This document shows positions 18,791 through 27,941 of a stretch of 61,706 nucleotides of DNA, one piece after another. Origin of the DNA: a virus (Duplodnaviria; Caudoviricetes); the IMG/VR virus record IMGVR_UViG_3300025141_013347, positions 1 through 61,706 of that record, one strand, 5' to 3'. The notes beneath the pieces are model-generated. The model saw only the letters and a program-made list of their open reading frames with translations, made no database searches and was not told the DNA's origin. The translations under genes were made by a program, and so were the position numbers. Positions within the stretch are counted from its first letter, which is position 1; every line of letters starts with the position of its first letter.

Positions 18791-19128
18791 AAATTACAAA
18801 ACGACAACTCAGAAAAATCATCCAGGAAGAGGCTAAAAAATCCGTGCCTTTCGGTAGCGGGATGGAACAGGCTGATTTAGATCCCGAGGAGAAGGAGCTT
18901 ATCGGTCACACGTGACTGACCCATGCCAAGCTGAAGTCTTCAGCTTTACAGGAGTCCTATGGAATTCAGGGAGATAAGGTAGGGAAGGTACTCTGGCACT
19001 CGCTAAGAAAGGATGGAACGATAAATAGGTATGACATTAGGTTTGGAAAGAAAGTGCTTAGAAACGTCCCTAGTGGGCTAGTGGAGTCAATTAAAGAGCT
19101 AGCACATGAACATGAAGAAAGAGATTAA
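18787..19128 (+). CDS. tag-family protein with in-frame TGA (probable selenoprotein, Sec43)
   Basis: MKITKRQLRKIIQEE...GHT-TGA(18913)-LTHAK, then 70 more open codons to TAA overlapping the next ATG; SECIS-like hairpin 12 nt after the TGA. Confidence 0.7.
18928..18946 (+). promoter_or_regulatory. bacterial SECIS-like hairpin
   Basis: AAGCTGA-AGTCT-TCAGCTT: perfect 7-bp stem, GU in the apical loop, loop 19 nt downstream of the TGA. Confidence 0.65.
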
Positions 19129-19664
19129 TGCTTCCCCTAATTTCACAAAACTCAGGCAAGAATATCCAGTGGTTCCGCTGGCCCCAGTCTTTTAAGTCGA
19201 AGGTTTCCGGAGCTGCACTACCTCCTATGCGCCCCGGCTTCGGCCAATCACCCCTACATGTGATGCAAGATGGACAAAGATATTATGTGGGTACGTCTTG
19301 GGTGTTGGATGATGGCTCCGAGCGTCCTTATACGGTCGAAAGTGATTATTATGATGACCGTCAGCAGGCGGAACTCATGTATAAAAAAATGACAGGAAAA
19401 GATGCTGAAGGTAGATTACGCGAATCCTTGCAGGTTAACCTTTTATATCTCGCTGAGTCTTCTTCTAACGAAATACGAATATTTGACTTAAGGGATGCCA
19501 TCGTTAACTTTTTGGAGTCACGAGGTATTTTTAGGTGGGGGAAAACCCCCGTATCAACTGTTATAAAGATAGAGAATTTTGCCGAACAACTAGTTACCCA
19601 ATGTGATGAATCAAACGAAGTAACAAGGATGGCAAGAGAACTTGGGTTCGGAAAGCCATATTAA
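19128..19664 (+). CDS. hypothetical protein
   Basis: ORF coupled by TAATG. Confidence 0.65.
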   Translation: MLPLISQNSGKNIQWFRWPQSFKSKVSGAALPPMRPGFGQSPLHVMQDGQRYYVGTSWVLDDGSERPYTVESDYYDDRQQAELMYKKMTGKDAEGRLRESLQVNLLYLAESSSNEIRIFDLRDAIVNFLESRGIFRWGKTPVSTVIKIENFAEQLVTQCDESNEVTRMARELGFGKPY

Positions 19665-19716
19665 TGATTTTACTTTACTATTTTGTGCAATATTTATTTG
19701 TCGTGGGAGGAATTAA

Positions 19717-20175
19717 ATGAAGGTTAGACTTAGACTAAAAAGGTTACGACGCGTCATACGCGAAGCCCTAAAACGAAATATCCAAGCGCCACATACACTA
19801 TCGGAAGGCCTGGGATTTTCTCCCATGATGTCTAGGGCAGATCCCGAGTTTGCTCGACTGATTCGTGGCGCCTTAAATGAGGAAGAGGCCCCAGGCAAGG
19901 AAGAGGACGTCGATTTTGATCCTGCCAAGGCAGGAAAAAAACTACCGAAACCCCTTGAGTTATTACTGGATCCGGAAATATCACCTCAGAAATTCTTTAA
20001 GTTTGATCAACAGATGGATGCTCGAGGATCAGTCGTACAGCAGGCACAAGCTATAGCGGCATTTGCCCTTACATATGGTGATAATGAAAAGGATGCAAAA
20101 GCAATCCTTCAAAAGGCTATACAGGAACTTCCCAAAATAGCTCCTGCAGAAGGTCAGGAGGAAGCAGAAGGATGA
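19717..20175 (+). CDS. MKITKRQLRRII-tag family protein
   Basis: MKVRLRLKRLRRVIREA; GGAGG SD. Confidence 0.8.
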   Translation: MKVRLRLKRLRRVIREALKRNIQAPHTLSEGLGFSPMMSRADPEFARLIRGALNEEEAPGKEEDVDFDPAKAGKKLPKPLELLLDPEISPQKFFKFDQQMDARGSVVQQAQAIAAFALTYGDNEKDAKAILQKAIQELPKIAPAEGQEEAEG

Positions 20176-20471
20176 AAATTACGACAAGTAATCTTCGCCG
20201 AATAATACGCACTGTTCTATTTGAGCAGGTCGTAGGCTACACCGCCCCTGAGGAAAAAGACGGTGATGACGATGGTGGGGGATACCTATCTGTAGGTGAT
20301 ATGGGGGTTGATACATCGCTAACATCTGATTCTACTGACGAAAAACAAGCCTCGGCTGATCAAGTTAAAAGCCTAACCCAGCAGAGACAACAAGATCTAG
20401 ACAAGGATGATACCGTCTCCGCCAATAATGCTGGCCAACAGCTTGCGATGGGTCGGAGGATGAGAGGATGA
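20172..20471 (+). CDS. MKITKRQLRRII-tag family protein
   Basis: MKITTSNLRRIIRTVLFE. Confidence 0.8.
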   Translation: MKITTSNLRRIIRTVLFEQVVGYTAPEEKDGDDDGGGYLSVGDMGVDTSLTSDSTDEKQASADQVKSLTQQRQQDLDKDDTVSANNAGQQLAMGRRMRG

Positions 20472-21469
20472 AGCTTCAACATAGTAGATTACGCCAGATT
20501 ATTCGTGAAGTTTTATTAAGAGAGCAAGAGGATGCTGAAGCATCGTCTAACGTAGATCCCAAGATCATTAATAGCTTAAAGAAATTAGTTTCTCTATCAA
20601 AGAAACTTTATACTGACACACGAGTAAAAGAAACTAGTGGCGCCGACGGTGCAAGACTACGTAGTGAGAGAGAGCTGGAAGAGGGTGATGTTTGGATTGA
20701 AGAGCTTCATAGAGAGCTAAAAGATCGTCTCCATAGGGCTGAAGAAGGTGAGCTAGGAAAGCCTGAGGGTCGAGTCGGTCTTTCTATAGGTAGAACATTT
20801 GGCAAAAAACTAAATAAGGTAAAAAAATTCTTTAGCGAAATGGGTTCATTTATGTCTTCTGTTTCTGGGTTTGTGCGTGAGAGTTATCTTCTGTCACAGC
20901 CTGTGTTGTTGGAGGGCTTCAATCCAGAGTCAGCAAAGAAGAAACTAATAAGACGTCTAAAGAATGCTATAAAATCTAATGGTCCTGATATTGATAATAT
21001 CACTCGAAGAAAGATATTCATGGACGTGGATGAGGAAAAGGTAGAGAAGGTAGTTGTAAAGTGGACAGGCCTATTGTCTGATATGCTGACAGATTTGGGT
21101 TCCGCGGAAGACTATGGGGAGATTTTGGATATCCTTGATGAAGCTGATACATTGATGAAGTGGACAAACCATCCACAGTTTCATAGCTTTCAATCATCTA
21201 CTGGTGTCGGATTTCACGACATGTGGGATGAAGCAACAAAGGGCTATCGAGAAGATGCCCAGAGTGCTGTAGCTGAAGCTGCCAAGGAGGAACTATCACA
21301 AATAGAGACGACACGCAATATTTTAGATGATATACTCTCGTTGATAAGGTCACCCTCGTTGAAAGATGTGTATCTCACCGATTTAGAAGAGCTCATACAA
21401 GATATAAGGCTTACCATAGATGATGTTGCGGCCGACGGCAACGCATTCTTATCCAGGCAGGACTATTAA
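20468..21469 (+). CDS. MKITKRQLRRII-tag family protein
   Basis: MKLQHSRLRQIIREVLLRE. Confidence 0.8.
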   Translation: MKLQHSRLRQIIREVLLREQEDAEASSNVDPKIINSLKKLVSLSKKLYTDTRVKETSGADGARLRSERELEEGDVWIEELHRELKDRLHRAEEGELGKPEGRVGLSIGRTFGKKLNKVKKFFSEMGSFMSSVSGFVRESYLLSQPVLLEGFNPESAKKKLIRRLKNAIKSNGPDIDNITRRKIFMDVDEEKVEKVVVKWTGLLSDMLTDLGSAEDYGEILDILDEADTLMKWTNHPQFHSFQSSTGVGFHDMWDEATKGYREDAQSAVAEAAKEELSQIETTRNILDDILSLIRSPSLKDVYLTDLEELIQDIRLTIDDVAADGNAFLSRQDY

Positions 21470-21477
21470 GATTAAAA

Positions 21478-21903
21478 ATGAAGATCACAAAGAGACAGCT
21501 TAGAAGAATCATCAAAGAAGAAATTTCGAACGTAATGTCTGAAGGTACACTTTATGTCAAGCGCCTTCCATACGGCGGGTTTAGTGTTGAAGATGAAGGC
21601 GGAGAATGGATCAGTCTCGGTGAGATGGTAAGATTACTTCTGGACGCAGGGGTTCAAGAGTTCACTTCAGAACAAGGACTCGCTGCAATGCTTAAAGCTG
21701 ATGCAGAAGGAGTACAGGGGGGTTTGGAGAGATGGGATTCAGACGTATTCCCTGATTACTATGGTGTAGATGTCGATAAACTCATTCAGCTTTATGCAAA
21801 ACAGAATGGAATGCAGGTCGAGGAAGTTGAGGAAAAAGATCCCGATGAAATGTACCCTGATGAAGATGATGGGACAAATGCTTTTGAGGAGTATTATTCA
21901 TGA
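21478..21903 (+). CDS. MKITKRQLRRII-tag family protein
   Basis: MKITKRQLRRIIKEEI. Confidence 0.85.
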   Translation: MKITKRQLRRIIKEEISNVMSEGTLYVKRLPYGGFSVEDEGGEWISLGEMVRLLLDAGVQEFTSEQGLAAMLKADAEGVQGGLERWDSDVFPDYYGVDVDKLIQLYAKQNGMQVEEVEEKDPDEMYPDEDDGTNAFEEYYS

Positions 21904-22220
21904 AAACCACAAAGAAACAACTAAGAAGAATCATTCGTGAGGCAATATTCCTTAAGGAAATCGGCCGACATGATCCGGACTCTGGTTATGATGAGCTACG
22001 CCAAGATCGAGACGATCAGGAATGGGAAGACCGCGAATACCAGCGAGGTTATCAGGATGCCCTAGATTTAGTGCCTATGGCCGATGATGCCACTGCCTCC
22101 TATGATTCTGGGTATGAGGATGGAACAAACGACGCCGATCAAAAGGCTGCAGAAGAAATTCTGTCTACTAGGATGGGAAGTTATCGTGGCACCACGCTAC
22201 CAGGGGGGAAGAAAATATAA
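21900..22220 (+). CDS. MKITKRQLRRII-tag family protein with Y..GY.D repeats
   Basis: MKTTKKQLRRIIREAIFLKE. Confidence 0.85.
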   Translation: MKTTKKQLRRIIREAIFLKEIGRHDPDSGYDELRQDRDDQEWEDREYQRGYQDALDLVPMADDATASYDSGYEDGTNDADQKAAEEILSTRMGSYRGTTLPGGKKI

Positions 22221-22543
22221 TGAAAATCACAAAGAGGCAACTCAAAAGAATAATCAAAGAAGAGAAAGCAAAGTTAGTAAAAGAGAAGTTAAATGAGACT
22301 CACTCTATGGACTCTGTTAGAGAGTTAAGTAGTATTATAGATTCTATTGATGAAATTGCTAACGCGTTATATTCAGCGCTGCGGCCATCGATGAGGTCTC
22401 CGGAGCCTGAACTGGCTAAAGATTTAGAAATGCAGGTAGAAAGATTAGCTAACTTGCATGATAAACTAGAGCGCTCATTGCAAGATAGCTCGTTTCGAAA
22501 AGTAGTTGATCGACAACCTACTGATGCGGATGGCTATACATGA
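22220..22543 (+). CDS. MKITKRQLRRII-tag family protein
   Basis: MKITKRQLKRIIKEEKAKL. Confidence 0.85.
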   Translation: MKITKRQLKRIIKEEKAKLVKEKLNETHSMDSVRELSSIIDSIDEIANALYSALRPSMRSPEPELAKDLEMQVERLANLHDKLERSLQDSSFRKVVDRQPTDADGYT

Positions 22544-23229
22544 AAATCACGAAAAGACAGTTAAGAAAAATTATCAAAGAAGAGAAGATGAAACTAAAAG
22601 AAATGTACTTGGATGATGTTGGTGGTGATCTTGGCGCCCATGTGGTTGACTACCTAAAAGATCAGGCTCGCATTTATCATTCTGATCCAAGTCTAGACAT
22701 CGATGGTGACGGAGTTCCCGACGCCACAGCAATTAAGACGTTATTACAAGATGACTTTATGGATAATTTCGGCCATGAATTTGACATCGCCGATTTCGGT
22801 TATGAAATTTCTAACTTCGCACATGGAGCTGGATTACAAGAGAGTAAAAAAATGAAAATCACAATGAGACAATTAAGAAGAATTATTAAGGAAGAAAAGG
22901 CTCGCATGCGCAGGCTTAATGAGCAAGAGGACATAGCCGTGGATACCCGAGAGCATCAGTGGCCCAGCGCAGATAGCGAGACGTCTGCTGCTGCTGCTAA
23001 ACTGTCAGATCTGTGGAATGACCTCGAGGTTAAATCATGGTCAGCAGGTGATCCCTCGATGAATGATAACGGTGAACTTTCAGACGCAGAGTCTAAGGCA
23101 TGGTGGGCTGAACAGGTTGAGTCAGCAAGCACTGAGCTGGAGTCTGCTCTAGAAGAAAGGCTCCGAGCTGTCTCTATAGAGACCATGCAGGAGTTTACTG
23201 ACATGTTAATTAATGGCGACTTCGCATAG
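22540..23229 (+). CDS. MKITKRQLRRII-tag family protein, two tagged modules
   Basis: Second MKITMRQLRRIIKEE at 22852; DIDGDG Ca-binding-like loop. Confidence 0.85.
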   Translation: MKITKRQLRKIIKEEKMKLKEMYLDDVGGDLGAHVVDYLKDQARIYHSDPSLDIDGDGVPDATAIKTLLQDDFMDNFGHEFDIADFGYEISNFAHGAGLQESKKMKITMRQLRRIIKEEKARMRRLNEQEDIAVDTREHQWPSADSETSAAAAKLSDLWNDLEVKSWSAGDPSMNDNGELSDAESKAWWAEQVESASTELESALEERLRAVSIETMQEFTDMLINGDFA

Positions 23230-23239
23230 GAGAATAAAA

Positions 23240-23788
23240 ATGGAATTCCATCGCAAGCGTCTATTATTAAAAAGAGGCCTTCGTCGTCACATCCGGCATA
23301 TCATGGCTGAAGAACGTGAAGCGCTAAAGGATACCCTAGAGCATGATGATCCGGCCGACGTAATTCACGCATTCCACCAGGCCTGGGAGGGAGGAGCTAC
23401 CGGTGAGGAAGAACAGGAAAACCTTACAATGCCCATTGATTATACAGATGTAGCCACCGGTGAAACCACCGTAGGTATTCTAGATGATGAATCAATGGAG
23501 CTAGTAGAGGAATCCTATGGAGAATCCTCGGCACCCCTAGATTGGAATGGTGATACATTCTTAACCCCGGAAGAGCTCTATGCGCATTTTGACCTCGATG
23601 GTGATGGAATAGTTTCGGTCGAAGACTACGTCGCTCATGTCCGCTGGCACTGCCAGAATCCTGACGCTTTCGCGAAAGAGGGCATCGGTGATGAGGTTTC
23701 GGATGAGGTTATGTATTTTGTACTTGATAATCTCGGCCTGACAAATCAAGCAGAACTTGATGGACTTGATGTAGACATAGTTGGGTAG
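23240..23788 (+). CDS. tag-like protein with EF-hand-like loop
   Basis: LRRHIRHIMAEE; FDLDGDGIVSVEDY. Confidence 0.75.
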   Translation: MEFHRKRLLLKRGLRRHIRHIMAEEREALKDTLEHDDPADVIHAFHQAWEGGATGEEEQENLTMPIDYTDVATGETTVGILDDESMELVEESYGESSAPLDWNGDTFLTPEELYAHFDLDGDGIVSVEDYVAHVRWHCQNPDAFAKEGIGDEVSDEVMYFVLDNLGLTNQAELDGLDVDIVG

Positions 23789-23797
23789 GGGAGTGCA

Positions 23798-24472
23798 ATG
23801 TCACTAAAAACACTTAGGGCTTACGTTCGTGGTATCTTGCAGGAGAAAAAGTGGACAGATTTGGGCGCGCCGAAAGGCCAGACAATATCGCTGTCCCCCA
23901 CGGACTTTGAAGCTCTAGAGTGTGAAGAACCCCCTTGCCCAGATGATGAGAGAGATTTAGACGATGAAATATTTGATCTAATTCAGAATGCATATTCAGA
24001 TGTTCCATTAGGGGATGGAAGGTTTGGTAATATAAAGGTTCAATCACCCTCTGATCTTCCCGGTGGGTATACTATAATGAAAGCTGCCGACTTAGATGAC
24101 GATCCAGAGCCCGATTATTTTCGAGGTGGTAAGGACCGGTCTGGACGATTCAAGTTAGGCATCGTCGGACATGATGGTTCACCCGTAGCCATTCAAAAAT
24201 ACTTAGATGAAACCGCGGAAGAGCTATTGGCTGGTGCGATTGGAGAGATGTCGGGTAAGATTGCACATATCATGATTACGCGATACGGTGTACCTGCCGT
24301 TGCTAGCAAGGAAGATGTAGAGAGCATGCTCGGCAAGTCAGTTCACTGGGTAGGACGCCACCCCAACGAAAAATATGCCTCCCGTTATGGGGACGCATAT
24401 GAAGCGTGGTATAGCCGAGGAATTGAAGGCGCCGGATCCGGCGAGCATATGAAGATCTTATTAGGTGGCTAA
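23798..24472 (+). CDS. tag-like hypothetical protein
   Basis: MSLKTLRAYVRGILQE. Confidence 0.75.
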   Translation: MSLKTLRAYVRGILQEKKWTDLGAPKGQTISLSPTDFEALECEEPPCPDDERDLDDEIFDLIQNAYSDVPLGDGRFGNIKVQSPSDLPGGYTIMKAADLDDDPEPDYFRGGKDRSGRFKLGIVGHDGSPVAIQKYLDETAEELLAGAIGEMSGKIAHIMITRYGVPAVASKEDVESMLGKSVHWVGRHPNEKYASRYGDAYEAWYSRGIEGAGSGEHMKILLGG

Positions 24473-24542
24473 TATTTATGTCGGCTTTTAAAAAGCTCTA
24501 ATACTTATTAATGTAACATTAATTTGTGTAGGGGCAACAAAC

Positions 24543-24812
24543 ATGAATATTCTTAAGAAAGCATGCATAGCTGTAGCGTGCGGGTTCTTTTTTTTAGTGA
24601 TATTGATGGGTGCAGTCGTTGTAGAAGCAAAACCCCCTACAAGATCCAAGTTTTATGATTTCTCTGAACAGTTAATAGATGGTGAAATCAGACGACCCAC
24701 TGCTCTTTATATGGACTCCAGGCAGCGTGTAAAATTTAACCGCCTTCTGCGGCTTAAGAGATCATTTCTTAAAGAGCTTTTTGATACATCACGTGAGAGG
24801 GTTTTTAAATGA
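24543..24812 (+). CDS. CglF/GltF-like secreted protein (myxobacterial gliding family)
   Basis: Signal peptide then YDF....IDGEI..P......R....F..LL....SF..EL pattern. Confidence 0.6.
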   Translation: MNILKKACIAVACGFFFLVILMGAVVVEAKPPTRSKFYDFSEQLIDGEIRRPTALYMDSRQRVKFNRLLRLKRSFLKELFDTSRERVFK

Positions 24813-25534
24813 AAGTCATTACCAGGTTAGTTATATTATTGTTATGTTTACCTCTACTGTCATGTGCACACATTCAGTATGTACATGAAAGGGAAAGCCT
24901 TCCCCGCGCCTCATTTGTAGAAATAACGACACGTGTTGTCAAACGCGGCTGCACCGACAACGTATGCGGGGCAATGCGAAATGCAGCAGTCTCTTCTGGT
25001 GCCATTATTCGCACTGATCCGGATGGGTCATATGTAATTGGCTCAAATCATGTTTGCGCAATCAAAAAACTAGAAAGCCACAAAGGGGTATCGGTAACAT
25101 TCAGCGCCGTTGGAACTAGTGGCAGTAGTCATGAAGGTCATATTCTAGCCACGGATGCTGAGAATGATTTGTGTGTGATGTATGTCCCAGGTCTTAAGGG
25201 CACACCTATTATTTTAAGGGATCACCCACCCAAGCATGGCGAAAAAGTATACAATTTAGCTTCCCCCCAGGGGGTAGCCGCACCGCCCCATAATATTCCA
25301 GTCTTCAGTGGCTACTATTCAGGAAGAGATGGCAGGTGGGATGTGTATACTATCCCCGCCGTAGGTGGTTCTAGTGGATCACCGATTGTAGATGTGGATG
25401 GATACATGGTTGGAATAATTCAGGCTCACCTTCGTGGGTTTAATCATTTAACTATTTCTTCAAATTATCTTAAAATTAAAAAAATGATGACTGACGTAGT
25501 GTCAGGTCGATTATCAATGAGGGTTTATAATTAA
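24809..25534 (+). CDS. trypsin-like serine protease, lipoprotein
   Basis: LLSC lipobox, NHVC (His), NDLC (Asp), GGSSGSP (Ser). Confidence 0.85.
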   Translation: MKVITRLVILLLCLPLLSCAHIQYVHERESLPRASFVEITTRVVKRGCTDNVCGAMRNAAVSSGAIIRTDPDGSYVIGSNHVCAIKKLESHKGVSVTFSAVGTSGSSHEGHILATDAENDLCVMYVPGLKGTPIILRDHPPKHGEKVYNLASPQGVAAPPHNIPVFSGYYSGRDGRWDVYTIPAVGGSSGSPIVDVDGYMVGIIQAHLRGFNHLTISSNYLKIKKMMTDVVSGRLSMRVYN

Positions 25535-25734
25535 TGATTAGACAAGGTGATACAGTCGCTCCTTTTTTTAATATGGGAAGACGAGCTGTCGTTTTAGAAG
25601 TAAATGAAGTAAAGGCCAAGACTTGGCTGGTGGGGTCCGCGATTGGTAAGGCAAGAGTGGCCAAAATACAGTTTGCCGACAATAATGAGATTGCCGACTA
25701 TTCAGTGGGCGATTTGATGAAGGTCGATGACTGA
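25534..25734 (+). CDS. small KOW/SH3-like protein
   Basis: MIRQGDTV start, beta-rich. Confidence 0.6.
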   Translation: MIRQGDTVAPFFNMGRRAVVLEVNEVKAKTWLVGSAIGKARVAKIQFADNNEIADYSVGDLMKVDD

Positions 25735-25748
25735 GGCGAGGTAAAAAA

Positions 25749-26612
25749 ATGAGTAGGCATTATACCTTGAGACGAGGTGATAAAGGCCAGGAGGTCAAAC
25801 GTCTGCAATCTAAGCTGGGTATTAAGCCTGACGCAGACTTTGGCAAGAATACGGATGCTGTTGTTCAAGCGTATCAAAGCTCGAACGGACTTCTCGTTGA
25901 TGGAATTGCAGGTCCTATAACTCTTGCATCGCTTGATATTGAAGTTCTTCATGGGATTGACGTCAGCGCATGGAACGGCAAAAACATTAACTGGGATGCC
26001 GTAAGTAAGACTAACGTAAGATATTGCTGGATAAAGGCCACAGAAGGCCAGACACACACAAACCGCGGCCACGTTGATAAGTTTAAAGGCGCACGTGATC
26101 ATGGGCTTATAGTAGGTGGTTATCACTTCGGGAGGCCTGATCACAATCAATATGACGACGCAGAGACCGATGCTAAAAAAGAGGCAGAACATTTTTTGAC
26201 TACGATGTCCCAAAATTGGGCTTCGGTGGGTATCAAGAAAGGGGACTTATTACCCGTGTTGGATGTCGAGAAAGGTATGAAGACGGACGATCAATACAAC
26301 GTTGAGTGGAGCCTAGCATGGTTGGAGTGTGTAGAGAAAGAGACCGGTGTACGTCCCGTTATCTATACTGCAAAGTGGGCTTGGGATCTTTATTTAGCGA
26401 AAGCCAATTCATGTGATCTAACTTCCTTAACTTCCTATCCAGTGTGGTGGGCATCTTACAATGAAGGAAGTACACCCAAAAGAGATGTCCATGGTTGGAA
26501 AGAATGGGACATATGGCAATATGGAAGTAAGGGTAGCATAGATGGTATCCCCGGCGGCGTCGACGTTAATTGGATGGCCGGCGGCCGGCTACGGAACCTT
26601 CTAGTTCCATAA
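25749..26612 (+). CDS. endolysin: peptidoglycan-binding domain plus GH25 muramidase
   Basis: LRRGDKG.EV..LQ / DGIAGP.T; GIDVS, KATEG, GYHF, LDVE, WQY. Confidence 0.9.
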   Translation: MSRHYTLRRGDKGQEVKRLQSKLGIKPDADFGKNTDAVVQAYQSSNGLLVDGIAGPITLASLDIEVLHGIDVSAWNGKNINWDAVSKTNVRYCWIKATEGQTHTNRGHVDKFKGARDHGLIVGGYHFGRPDHNQYDDAETDAKKEAEHFLTTMSQNWASVGIKKGDLLPVLDVEKGMKTDDQYNVEWSLAWLECVEKETGVRPVIYTAKWAWDLYLAKANSCDLTSLTSYPVWWASYNEGSTPKRDVHGWKEWDIWQYGSKGSIDGIPGGVDVNWMAGGRLRNLLVP

Positions 26613-26613
26613 T

Positions 26614-26934
26614 TCAAGCCCCTAATGTTTGTAGCGCAATGTGCATATGTATAAAAATGATACCGCTATAAATACTAAGGCATAATAGCCCACCCCAGTA
26701 TGCCATACGATTTTTTCTGCATATCCATAATAATGATGCTCCCATAATTACGAATAGCATTTTTATTAGTATGAAAAGATCAGGTGAGATTTGAATCCAC
26801 GCTCTCATGAGAGGATTGGTTTCGAAGGCTATCCCTTCTTTGATCCAATAAAGAGTAAGCACACCATCTATCAGATTGAGAGCTATTAGTATTATTAATA
26901 AGATCTTAAGTGTCTTTTCATAACGGCGTGCCAT
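26614..26934 (-). CDS. small membrane protein (DUF5658-like)
   Basis: LN.ID...T.......E.NPLM motif, 3 TM helices. Confidence 0.7.
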   Translation of the reverse strand: MARRYEKTLKILLIILIALNLIDGVLTLYWIKEGIAFETNPLMRAWIQISPDLFILIKMLFVIMGASLLWICRKNRMAYWGGLLCLSIYSGIIFIHMHIALQTLGA

Positions 26935-27302
26935 AATATATAATATACATTCCAACGTATAGAATGATATATTTTTTAGAGGGTGTCAAATGAATGGCGT
27001 AGAACATGATCTTTTATGGTACACGATAGGTTTAGCTTTTTTCTTTGGAACAATGGGTTCACTACTGACTTTATTTTTTGTTTCTAAGCATATTAAAAAA
27101 ACATTACAGTCGTTTCAAGGCGAAGAAATATCGGAATAATAAGTCTCATTGAGACTTGAGGATGGTTATTTATCCACCTCACAATTCTGGTTTTTTATCT
27201 GCTCTTTATTGTCCCACGAATGCATAATTAATCGCTCGGGCTCCATAATTATAAACGCCTCATCTCATCGGAGGGGCGACAACCAATAATAAGGAGATTC
27301 TG

Positions 27303-27542
27303 ATGAAAGAGAAAATGAAAGCCGTAATCGGCTGGATTAAACTCTGCACTGAGTTGGGTTTATCGTTGCTTTGTTTGGCAATTATAGCTGGATTACTTTT
27401 TGGATCCGGCCAGCCATTTTTCCCCGTAGACGTACTGGGAAATGTCTTGGCTGTTGTTAAGCAGTTAGGTAGCGAAGGCCTTGTCGGTCTTGTTGCAGTG
27501 TGGGTGCTTTATAGCATCTTTAACAGGCAACTAGAAGAGTAG
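27303..27542 (+). CDS. small two-TM membrane protein
   Basis: AAGGAG SD; LG..GLVGL motif. Confidence 0.75.
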   Translation: MKEKMKAVIGWIKLCTELGLSLLCLAIIAGLLFGSGQPFFPVDVLGNVLAVVKQLGSEGLVGLVAVWVLYSIFNRQLEE

Positions 27543-27553
27543 TGAGGCGCCTC

Positions 27554-27580
27554 GGGGATGCCCCCAATGGGGGCATCCCC
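27554..27580. terminator. perfect 12-bp GC hairpin (terminator or stabiliser)
   Basis: GGGGATGCCCCC-AAT-GGGGGCATCCCC. Confidence 0.65.
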
Positions 27581-27611
27581 ACCCTTAATAAAAGTTTTTA
27601 GAATTTGAACA

Positions 27612-27932
27612 TTGAAAATTACACTTATAAAATATAATAAAATATCCAAATTTTTCTTATCAAACCGGAGAGTTTATATGAGAGGATTACCGCACGATGA
27701 CATAAAGCATCGTGTTCTAAGCGCAGCTCGTGCATTGAATATCGAAATTGAAAGATACCGAACATCCATCCACAAGGAAATTGAGTTTAAAAAGCGCTTA
27801 CTAGAAGTTGAGAATGATGAGAGCCTTCAGAAGTCAGACATACATGACATTAAAACGCTTCGAAACAGAATTCCAGAGCAGTTAAGCATCCAATTAAAGA
27901 GATGGTTAAAGACTGCAGCCAGCGTCAGGTAA
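27612..27932 (+). CDS. hypothetical protein (true start probably the downstream ATG, MRGLP)
   Basis: ORF; GGAG SD before internal ATG. Confidence 0.6.
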   Translation: MKITLIKYNKISKFFLSNRRVYMRGLPHDDIKHRVLSAARALNIEIERYRTSIHKEIEFKKRLLEVENDESLQKSDIHDIKTLRNRIPEQLSIQLKRWLKTAASVR

Positions 27933-27941
27933 AGGCAGGCC

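Noticed and set aside
18913-18915. Genome-wide TGA reassignment
   Set aside because: Many genes end in TGA with ATGA coupling and conserved enzymes are intact in code 11, so any recoding is site-specific.
27303-27542. Holin assignment for the small membrane proteins near the endolysin
   Set aside because: Only hydrophobicity and proximity support it; no family motif recognised.
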